From the NCBI GenBank assembly GCA_045531795.1, contig JAZSET010000073.1:202-64201 (forward strand): DNA of 64,000 bases. The letters run 5' to 3'. Of the stretch, positions 56,879 through 64,000 are shown one piece after another (positions within the stretch are counted from its first letter, which is position 1; every line of letters begins with the position of its first letter). The notes under the pieces were generated by a model, which did not search any database, was not told the origin of the DNA, and saw only the letters and a program-made list of their open reading frames with translations. The stretch comes from Eubacteriales bacterium. Lineage in GTDB: Bacteria; Bacillota; Clostridia; Oscillospirales; CAG-272. Made by a program: the position numbers and the translations under genes.

Positions 56879-57896
56879 GATAGTTGATTTGCCTCTCGTT
56901 GAGCCGTTGTATAGCACTTATCATCATCAGGGACCGTGCACGGCTATTATCAAGGATAATCCGACGATCCGAAATTGGTACTTAAATCAAGTTATGAATT
57001 TGTCCTGTAACCGAAAATTTTTAAGTGGATTTACTACTCCCGAAATAACAATACCGGATTCCTCTTGGTCTGTTAATCCGTATTTTGATAGGCAGTGGTG
57101 TTCCACACGTTTTGCAAAAGGTCATATACACTATATTATTCGTGAAATGTTGAATCAGGGTTATTATGTAGCCTTTAGCGGCATTGACGACTATTACATC
57201 GAAGGCAAAAGTTGGTATAAAGAACGTCATTTTAGTCACGACGGTCTTATTTGCGGCTACAACAAAGATGACAAGACATTTTGTGTTTACTCTTATGACA
57301 GTAACTGGGTTTACAGAAAGTTTTGGACACCTCAAAAATGCTTTAATCAATCAAGAAAGGCTATGCTGAAAAAAGAAACAATATCCAATTTTTGCGGATT
57401 AAAAGCAAAGGGAGATAATGTAGCGTTTTTTCCTGAAACAGTTTGCACAAAACTTAAAGAATATCTTGATTCTGATTTAAAGAAATATCCGTTTGACGGT
57501 GAAGGAAACGTTTTCGGCATTGTTGTTCATGAGTTTATTGCTGAGTATGTTACTAAATTGCACAATGGATCCATTCCCTATGAAAGAATGGACAGACGAG
57601 TTTTCAGGCTTATTTGGGAGCATAAAAAGGCTATGCTTGAGCGTATTCACGCTCTTGAGGAAGCACTTGAAATCAACAAACGGTACGGTAAACAGTATGA
57701 GCAGATTGTAGCAGAAGCTGATAAAATGCGTATGCTTTATGCCTCTCATCATATGCGCCGTAGAGATTCTGTCTTGCCTATTATTCGTGAAAAATTACTG
57801 ACTCTTTCGGTAAATGAAAGAAAAATACTCACATTGCTTGTAAGAGCAGTAGAAAAGGAGTTGAAGAAAAATGCTATGGGAACACCTGAAAAGTAA
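56865..57896 (+). CDS. Hypothetical protein (~343 aa) between the carrier protein and AMP-ligase genes
   Basis: The ORF overlaps the carrier gene stop. No catalytic motif was recognised with confidence. Several ATG/GTG starts are possible (56862-56871). Confidence 0.5.
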   Translation: MNMNKIVDLPLVEPLYSTYHHQGPCTAIIKDNPTIRNWYLNQVMNLSCNRKFLSGFTTPEITIPDSSWSVNPYFDRQWCSTRFAKGHIHYIIREMLNQGYYVAFSGIDDYYIEGKSWYKERHFSHDGLICGYNKDDKTFCVYSYDSNWVYRKFWTPQKCFNQSRKAMLKKETISNFCGLKAKGDNVAFFPETVCTKLKEYLDSDLKKYPFDGEGNVFGIVVHEFIAEYVTKLHNGSIPYERMDRRVFRLIWEHKKAMLERIHALEEALEINKRYGKQYEQIVAEADKMRMLYASHHMRRRDSVLPIIREKLLTLSVNERKILTLLVRAVEKELKKNAMGTPEK

Positions 57897-59235
57897 AATG
57901 CAATCTAATTTCTCACAGAAAATTTGTGAGGGAAAAGCAGAGATAACTTACGAGGAAACCATCATTTTTGCTGAGGAATTTGCAAAGAAATTGATTGGTA
58001 TCAAATGCTGTGCTATACTTTGTGGTTCTGAAATGGCGGCAGCGTTGGCATTACTTAGCTGCTTTGCGGCAGACGTTACTGCACTACCGCTTTCACAACG
58101 GTACGGTGAGCTTCATTGCAATAAAATTCTTGATGCAATTAGTCCGGATGCTTTGATTACCGACCAAGGTGGTGAGCTTAAGGTTGTTCGTTTAAGTTAC
58201 TCGAGATATACTTTTTCCCAAATTAAACCGGCTCTTATTATGTGTACTTCCGGCACCACAGGAATGCCAAAGGGTGCAATGCTTACCGAAAGCAATGTAC
58301 TTACAAATGTAACGGATATTGTAGCTTATTTTAACATGAATGAAAGCGACACAATTCTTATATCCCGTCCGTTGTATCACTGTGCCGTTTTAACGGGTGA
58401 GTTTTTAAGTGCACTTGTCAAAGGGGTTAAAATCCGATTTTATTCGGGAACATTTAATCCGACACTTGTTCTGAAACTATTGAAGGATTATTCCATAACC
58501 GCCTTTTGCGGCACACCTACACTTATAAGTATGATGGCTCGCTTTAAACGAAAAATAGATGATGACTGCTTAAAGTATATTTGCATCAGCGGTGAGTGTA
58601 TGGGAGCAGAAACAGGCAAACAAATTCGCAAGGCTTTTCCTAATGCCGATATTTATAACATTTACGGTCTTACCGAGGCGTGTCCCCGTGTGTCATATTT
58701 ACCACCTGAATTGTTTGATGATTACCCTGATTGTGTCGGAATTCCGCTTAATTCGGTTGCCGTTAAAATTCTGCTTGACGACGGCAGCATAGCTGAGCCT
58801 AATCAGGTAGGCGTTTTATGGGTAAAAGGCGGTAATGTCATGGCAGGATACTACAACAATCCCAAGAAAACCGCCGAGGCTATAAAAGACGGTTGGCTTT
58901 GCACCGGTGATTTGGCACTAATCAATAGCAAGGGTTTGCTTAAAATCAAAGGCCGCAATGACGATATGATTATTAAAGCGGGAATGAACATCTATCCGCA
59001 GGAAATCGAAAGTGCACTTAAAATTGACAACCGTGTTAAAGAAGCACTTATTCTTGCTGAAAATGATGAACGCTTAGGTGTACAACTGGTACTTAACATT
59101 GTGGGAGATTTTGACGATGCAAGACAAGTCAAAGAACTGTGTCAGGCTTGCTTGCCTGCATATCAGGTGCCGACAAAAATCAATTTAGTTACTGAGTTGC
59201 CTAAGAACGGCTCGGGGAAAATTATAAGAAGATGA
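57871..59235 (+). CDS. AMP-dependent synthetase/ligase (adenylate-forming enzyme)
   Basis: 'CTSGTTGMPKGAMLT', 'YGLTEA', 'GWLCTGDLA', 'KIKGRNDDMIIKAGMNIYPQEIE', 'PKNGSGKIIR'. Confidence 0.85.
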   Translation: MLWEHLKSKMQSNFSQKICEGKAEITYEETIIFAEEFAKKLIGIKCCAILCGSEMAAALALLSCFAADVTALPLSQRYGELHCNKILDAISPDALITDQGGELKVVRLSYSRYTFSQIKPALIMCTSGTTGMPKGAMLTESNVLTNVTDIVAYFNMNESDTILISRPLYHCAVLTGEFLSALVKGVKIRFYSGTFNPTLVLKLLKDYSITAFCGTPTLISMMARFKRKIDDDCLKYICISGECMGAETGKQIRKAFPNADIYNIYGLTEACPRVSYLPPELFDDYPDCVGIPLNSVAVKILLDDGSIAEPNQVGVLWVKGGNVMAGYYNNPKKTAEAIKDGWLCTGDLALINSKGLLKIKGRNDDMIIKAGMNIYPQEIESALKIDNRVKEALILAENDERLGVQLVLNIVGDFDDARQVKELCQACLPAYQVPTKINLVTELPKNGSGKIIRR

Positions 59236-59239
59236 GTTT

Positions 59240-59782
59240 ATGAAGGAATTTGAAATAAAGAGAATGCTTAGTGAGGAAACTTACAATCATCTTCGCAAGC
59301 ATTGGGGAGATGGAAAATCTCCGATCATTCAGACCAATTATTATTTCGATACGGATTCTCTTGATATGAATAGGCAAGGTATCACTTGTCGGATTCGGCT
59401 TAAGGACGGTATTTATAAGGCAACTGTGAAGAGTCATGTTATCGAAGTCTCGAATTGCAGTCTTGAAGAAGACCTGTCCGAAAAAGCCTATTTAGACACA
59501 TCAGTGTTTTTGTCACGCGGTCTTCATTTGCAGGGTGAGCTAATAACGGAGAGAATTATTTTGTTCAAGGATAATGCTTGCGAAATAATGCTTGACCGCA
59601 ACAGCTATTTGGGTGTGGTTGATTATGAGCTGGAAATTGAATATCGTTTAGGCTTTGAGCAAAAGGCAACAGGCTTGCTTAATGAAATTATTGTCGAGCT
59701 ATTACAACACGGATTTGATGTAAGCCGTGAGGAAATGCGAGGCGAATCCAAGTCTGAACGCTTCTTTAAAAGAAAATCATAG
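59240..59782 (+). CDS. CYTH-domain (triphosphate tunnel metalloenzyme) protein
   Basis: N-terminal 'EFEIKR' (ExExK), 'RIRL', and the C-terminal 'YELEIEY' acidic strand. Confidence 0.6.
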   Translation: MKEFEIKRMLSEETYNHLRKHWGDGKSPIIQTNYYFDTDSLDMNRQGITCRIRLKDGIYKATVKSHVIEVSNCSLEEDLSEKAYLDTSVFLSRGLHLQGELITERIILFKDNACEIMLDRNSYLGVVDYELEIEYRLGFEQKATGLLNEIIVELLQHGFDVSREEMRGESKSERFFKRKS

Positions 59783-59864
59783 TTAAGAACGTGAGAAGGA
59801 TATTTGATTATCAGATAGATTCGATTGAGTATGAAAAATTAAAATATTTTTCAATAACCATTTC

Positions 59865-59891
59865 AACCATGACAGCAGTTGTCAGGTTTAA
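59865..59891. promoter_or_regulatory. 27-bp palindromic site, copy 2 (candidate operator)
   Basis: Identical to 54504-54530. Lies upstream of the DUF1906-like/RHS genes. Confidence 0.55.
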
Positions 59892-59975
59892 GGATTAAAA
59901 TACAAATGCAGCTGTAGAAGATTGGGACGCCAGTCGAAAACAAAACATAAAATTCAAAGAAAGAAGGAAAACAAA

Positions 59976-60794
59976 ATGGCATGTAAAGGTGCAAAAAACA
60001 AAACCGCTTCTGTTGAAGCAACACAGGTGGCAGCAGCCGCAGTTCAGACAGAGATTCAAAAAGCAGAGGCGAGGGCTTCTGTTGGCAGACTTTTGTTCGG
60101 TGTGGATTCTAAAATCCAAGCAGGAGATATTTTGCAAAACAATATTTCATTATTTGAATGGGTAGTTCGCAATAAGGTATATCCTAACTTTTGGGGTAGA
60201 AACCTTGTGGGTGAAAATGCGCTTACAAAGAACGAAATCGCATTTATTCATTCAAAGGGCTGTAAGATAGCTACTATCTATACAGATTCCGGCGAAAAGA
60301 AGACTGAGGAACAGGGCAAAATCGTTGCAAAGAAAATTGATGTTGTTGCTCTTGAACTCGGTATCCCCGAAGGAACGGCAGTGTTCCTTGAAGTGGTTGA
60401 CGGGGAGAATATAAGTCGCGATTATATGAAAGGCTTTGCAGCAGGTCTTGAGGAGGAAGGCTTTGTTCCCGGCTTTAAGGCAAATACTGATGCGAAGTTC
60501 GGATTTGACCGTGAGTTCAGTCGTGGCCTTCAGACCGACCATGAAATCTTTGATAAGTGTCTTGTATGGGCAATTTCTCCAAGTCTTAAAGAATATGACC
60601 GTGTGACCACCACTCATCTTATTCATCCGGATAACTGGATGCCTTATGCTCCGTCCGGTATCACCCGTAAAGATATTGCTGTATGGCAGTACGGTAAAAA
60701 CTGTCACCCTATTGAAGATGATATGGGTAAGATAACCACATTTAATCTCAATCTTGTAAATAACGAACAGGTTATCGTGGAAAAAATGTTTTAA
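59976..60794 (+). CDS. DUF1906 / Rv2525c-like glycoside-hydrolase-fold protein
   Basis: 'FWGRNLVGENALTKNEIAFIHSKGCKIATIY', 'GIPEGTAVFLEV' and 'WQYG' follow the DUF1906 pattern. The ATG at 59976 is preferred over the track start at 59922. Confidence 0.45.
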   Translation: MACKGAKNKTASVEATQVAAAAVQTEIQKAEARASVGRLLFGVDSKIQAGDILQNNISLFEWVVRNKVYPNFWGRNLVGENALTKNEIAFIHSKGCKIATIYTDSGEKKTEEQGKIVAKKIDVVALELGIPEGTAVFLEVVDGENISRDYMKGFAAGLEEEGFVPGFKANTDAKFGFDREFSRGLQTDHEIFDKCLVWAISPSLKEYDRVTTTHLIHPDNWMPYAPSGITRKDIAVWQYGKNCHPIEDDMGKITTFNLNLVNNEQVIVEKMF

Positions 60795-60808
60795 GGAGGT
60801 AAAAGACT

Positions 60809-63800
60809 ATGTGTAATGGTAATAATAATTACTGTCCCGACAATAATTACTATCCCGAGAATAATTACTGTCCCGACAATAATGACTGTTCCGAGAATAA
60901 TTACTGTCCCGACAATAATGACTGTCCTGACAATAATGACTGTCCTGACGACAATTGCCCCGGAGGTAATACCGGAAATCCGTCCGTTGTGTGCGTTAGT
61001 TCGGTAAGCATTTCTTCAGGTAATGTAACTATAAAAAAGGGCAGTTGGAGTTACCCAAGCGTACAAGTATACCCTAATAATGCTACCAACAAAACACTTT
61101 ATTGGTATAGCTCCAATTCTGCCGTGGCTTCTGTAAATTCAAACACGGGATATATTTACGCCAACGGTGTTGGTACTGCAAGAATTTATGCACAGGCAAC
61201 CGACGGCAGCGGTTGCAGTGATTACATTACTGTCACCGTTACAAGCGGAACTATATATGTTTCCTCTGTGGAGCTTAACAGAAGCTATGTTTCTATTGAA
61301 AAAGGAAAAACATATACTCTTTCAGCTACGGTATGTCCTACTAATGCAAGCAATAAATTGCTTGCATGGAGCAGTAGCAATACTTCTGTTGCAACTGTTA
61401 GTTCGAGCGGTGTAGTAACCGCAAAAGCTTGCGGATATGTAACCATTACCGCAACTGCAAAAGACGGTAGCGGTGCGTGCGATTGTTGTGACTTTTACAT
61501 TACAGGCGATACGCTTGTAAACTCGGTTTCTTTAAGCCCCTCAAGCAAAACTATCAGCGTTGGAGATTCTTTTTGGGTATATGAAACTATATGTCCTACT
61601 AATGCTACAAACTGTGCAGTTACTTGGAGTACAAGTAATTCAAGTGTTGCAACCGTAACTCAAAGCGGACTTGTTATTGCTCAGGGTGCAGGCAGTGCGA
61701 CTATTACGGCAACTGCTCAAGATGGAAGTGGGAAAAAGGGTTATTGCTATGTAACGGTTAAAGGCACAGTTTGTGTGGAAAGTGTTGAAGTAAGTCGTTC
61801 GTCATTGACACTATATAAGGGAAACACATATACCTTATCTGCTACAGTTTGCCCGACAAATGCCAATAACAGAAGTGTTCGTTGGAGCAGTGGAAATACA
61901 TCAATTGCTACTGTAAGCTCAAGTGGTCTGGTAACCGCAAAGACCGCAGGTAGAGTTGCGATATATGCGACAGCCAAAGATGGCAGTGGATGTAGCGACT
62001 ATTGTTGGGTGACTGTTAAAACGATTCCCGATCCCGTTTACACACCGGCACAGGAGGAAATTCCTGAGAGCAAGGTTCCCGAAAGTACATTTGAAGACCC
62101 GATAGATATGTACAGCGGTGCTCATACTCTTAAAAACACATTGCTCACATTGTTTGGCGGTCAGGGAACAAAGCTTGTTGCTGAGTATAATTCAACCAGA
62201 TTATCTGAAGGTGATTTTGGCAAAGGCTGGTATCATAATTTTGAGAAAACTCTTGAATTTGACGGCTGTGAAGCGAGAGTATATAGCTCGCCTTCGACAT
62301 ATTCGAGATACACCTCGAATGATGATTGCACAGTATTTACTTGTACTGCTGCCAATAAGAACAACTTTGTTCTTACTGTAAACACGGCGAATACTTTACC
62401 GTATTCAATTGACTGTAACAAGGAAAGAACCGAGTATTATGACAGTGAAGGCCGTTTGGCAAAAATTGTTGACCATCAAGGCTTTGAAACGGTTATTTCT
62501 TATTCGGATACCCTTATTACAATTACCGACTCTGTGTCGGGCAAAAAGCTCTATCTTGAAAAGGATTCTTCCTGCAAGGTTGTAAGAGTGTATGATGAAA
62601 ATTCCCGTCAGGTTACATTAACCTATACAGGCGAGCTTTTAACTGCTATTTGTGATGCAAACGGCAATACTTTAAGCTATACCTATAACGAGGACGGCCA
62701 GGTTTTGACCGGTACTGACTCTAACGGCATCTGCTATTTTACAAATACATATGATGAAATAGGCAGAGTGGCTACACAAAAGGATGGTATAACCGGCTCG
62801 ATTACATCATCTGTCACTTATGAGGACGCAGGTAAGCGAATTTGTACGAACCGTAACGGAAAGACGAGTATCCGTGTGTTTAACGGCAACGGCTTGCTTA
62901 CAAGCTTTACCGATGAAAACGGAAAGACAAAGACATATACCTATGACAGTCGTTATAATGTAATCAAGGAAACCGATGCATTGGGTAATTCAGTGGTCAA
63001 GGAATATAACTCCTTTAATAAGCCTACTGTTATTATCGATAAGAACGGGGGTAAGACTTACTTTACTTATGATTCTAAGGGTAATGTAACTAAAATCACC
63101 TATCCAAAAATTGGTGAGGTTGCACCGTCTGAAAGCTTTGTATATAACGAAAGAAGCCAAATAACTTCTCATACTGATGTTCGCGGCAACGTTACGGTAT
63201 TTACCTATGATGTAAGTGCAATGCCGCTAACCAAAAAGGTTGGAAGCAGAAATGCAATTCAGTATTCTTATGAGGGTGGCTTACTTAAAGCACAAACAGA
63301 TGCTTTAGGCAATACTACTCAGTATAGCCACAATGCAATCGGTCAGGTAATAACCAAAACCGATGCTGATAACAAGGCTACAACTTACGAATACGATGCT
63401 TGCGGAAATCTGCTTAAAACAACCGATGCGAACGGTCAGTCTGTTGTAACAACCTATGACGGCAACCACCAAAAGACCTCTGTTACCGATGCGCTTGGCA
63501 ACAAAACTGAGTATACCTATAACGGCAATATGAAGAATACCCTTGTCAAGTTCCCTGACGGCAATACGGTGTCTTATGAGTATGATGGTGAGGACAGACC
63601 CATTAAAACCACCGACCAGGCAGGTAATGTTACTACTGTTCAGTATGATAGTGTTGGCAGAGCAGTTTCGAAGCACTTTGCAGACGGCAGTGTGGTTAAT
63701 TACGAGTATGATGCTATAGGTAACATTGTAAAGGAAACCAACCCCAAGGGTGCAGTAACTCTTAAAACCTATGACGGCAACGGCAATGTATTGTCTGTAA

Positions 63801-64000
63801 CCGATAATGATGGTAACATTACTCGCTACCAGTATAATGCTCTCGGTAAGGTTGTTAGAAGTGTAAATGCCATGTCTGGTGCTACCGTATATGAATATTC
63901 ATCTGCAGGAGATTTGTTATCCGAAACCGACCCGCTGGGTAACAAAAAGGTTTATACCTACGATGCCTTCGGTAATATGCTGACTGCAAGGGATGCAAAA
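60809..64000 (+). CDS. Large Big_2 + RHS/YD-repeat protein (polymorphic toxin), 5' part; ORF open to the end of the window
   Basis: aaggagg RBS. My own translation in the frame of the ATG at 60809 has no stop before 64000. It shows four Big_2-type repeats ('VCPTNA..N..V.WSSSN.SVATVSSSGLVTAK') and then many YD repeats ('YTYNEDGQVLTGTD', 'YEYDACGNLLKTTDANG', 'YEYDAIGNIVKETNPKG'). It is absent from the ORF track because there is no stop codon. Confidence 0.8.
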   Translation, partial: MCNGNNNYCPDNNYYPENNYCPDNNDCSENNYCPDNNDCPDNNDCPDDNCPGGNTGNPSVVCVSSVSISSGNVTIKKGSWSYPSVQVYPNNATNKTLYWYSSNSAVASVNSNTGYIYANGVGTARIYAQATDGSGCSDYITVTVTSGTIYVSSVELNRSYVSIEKGKTYTLSATVCPTNASNKLLAWSSSNTSVATVSSSGVVTAKACGYVTITATAKDGSGACDCCDFYITGDTLVNSVSLSPSSKTISVGDSFWVYETICPTNATNCAVTWSTSNSSVATVTQSGLVIAQGAGSATITATAQDGSGKKGYCYVTVKGTVCVESVEVSRSSLTLYKGNTYTLSATVCPTNANNRSVRWSSGNTSIATVSSSGLVTAKTAGRVAIYATAKDGSGCSDYCWVTVKTIPDPVYTPAQEEIPESKVPESTFEDPIDMYSGAHTLKNTLLTLFGGQGTKLVAEYNSTRLSEGDFGKGWYHNFEKTLEFDGCEARVYSSPSTYSRYTSNDDCTVFTCTAANKNNFVLTVNTANTLPYSIDCNKERTEYYDSEGRLAKIVDHQGFETVISYSDTLITITDSVSGKKLYLEKDSSCKVVRVYDENSRQVTLTYTGELLTAICDANGNTLSYTYNEDGQVLTGTDSNGICYFTNTYDEIGRVATQKDGITGSITSSVTYEDAGKRICTNRNGKTSIRVFNGNGLLTSFTDENGKTKTYTYDSRYNVIKETDALGNSVVKEYNSFNKPTVIIDKNGGKTYFTYDSKGNVTKITYPKIGEVAPSESFVYNERSQITSHTDVRGNVTVFTYDVSAMPLTKKVGSRNAIQYSYEGGLLKAQTDALGNTTQYSHNAIGQVITKTDADNKATTYEYDACGNLLKTTDANGQSVVTTYDGNHQKTSVTDALGNKTEYTYNGNMKNTLVKFPDGNTVSYEYDGEDRPIKTTDQAGNVTTVQYDSVGRAVSKHFADGSVVNYEYDAIGNIVKETNPKGAVTLKTYDGNGNVLSVTDNDGNITRYQYNALGKVVRSVNAMSGATVYEYSSAGDLLSETDPLGNKKVYTYDAFGNMLTARDAK
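60824..60949 (+). repeat. Seven tandem 18-nt repeats encoding NN(Y/D)C(P/S)(D/E) hexapeptides at the RHS protein N-terminus
   Basis: aataattactgtcccgac and close variants, repeated head-to-tail and in frame with the 60809 ORF. Confidence 0.85.

Noticed and set aside
56865-57896. Calling the 343-aa protein a BtrH-like acyl-carrier-protein acyltransferase
   Set aside because: The idea was suggested only by its position between the carrier protein and ligase genes. I could not align the family's N-terminal Cys-nucleophile motif convincingly by eye, so it is left as hypothetical.
60816-61007. 63-aa ORF 'MVIIITVPTIITIPRIITVP...' and the underlying tandem repeats, which could be a CRISPR array or minisatellite
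   Set aside because: The repeats are 18-nt head-to-tail units without spacers, so they are not CRISPR. The listed ORF is an out-of-frame reading of the RHS gene N-terminus. The 60809 frame has the RBS and continues into Big_2 and YD repeats.
61167-62381. Track ORFs at 61167-61415 (+), 62118-62381 (+), 61747-61977 (-) and 61919-62125 (-)
   Set aside because: They overlap the long open RHS reading frame in other frames or on the other strand. They appear only because the true ORF lacks a stop inside the window and was therefore not listed.

Overview
All convincing genes in this window are on the + strand. Positions 1-1018 hold the tail of an rRNA operon: the 23S 3' end, tRNA-Lys(CTT), a tRNA-like remnant, two tandem 5S genes, a tRNA 5' fragment, tRNA-Asn(GTT) and a terminator. 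From about 1.0 to 54.1 kb lies a Firmicutes/Clostridia-style conjugative element, either an ICE or an integrated plasmid. It has four parts. (a) ParA/ParB plus an orphan Gp49/HigB-like toxin. (b) A surface module: sortase, a transglutaminase-like protein and a roughly 2200-aa thioester adhesin with 18 Cna-B/SpaA-like repeats. (c) A Gram-positive type IV secretion module: Maff2-like, VirB6/TrbL-like, a cell-wall hydrolase, PrgI/VirB3-like, VirB4, the VirD4 coupling protein and a RepA_N initiator. (d) A serine-resolvase cargo cassette (secreted MBL hydrolase and a YHYH/Big_2 protein). Part (d) is followed by a 22 kb DNA-processing block containing an SNF2 helicase, a beta-clamp-like protein, a MoxR ATPase, SSB, a VWA protein, an AT-rich RES-domain gene, a sigma-like gene, a JAB/E1-like/E2-like cassette, an NPPY methyltransferase, a Rad52-like annealase, a Rad50/SbcC-like ATPase and a CHC2-Toprim primase. 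The strongest leads are as follows. First, 12 of the 28 proteins in the 31.5-54 kb block end in Ala, 8 of them in Ala-Ala, whereas none of the 32 other complete CDS does; these proteins sit beside the JAB/E1/E2-like cassette. Second, a roughly 225-bp promoter-leader-double-terminator module is duplicated in front of two operons. Third, I could recognise no relaxase or integrase. Fourth, outside the element, an operon of unknown function (HTH, nucleotidyltransferase, Tmk-like kinase, carrier protein, unknown protein, AMP-ligase, CYTH) is bracketed by two identical 27-bp palindromic sites. The second site precedes a DUF1906-like gene and a Big_2/RHS toxin whose ORF runs off the window. All homology calls rest on motifs read by eye; no database search was possible.
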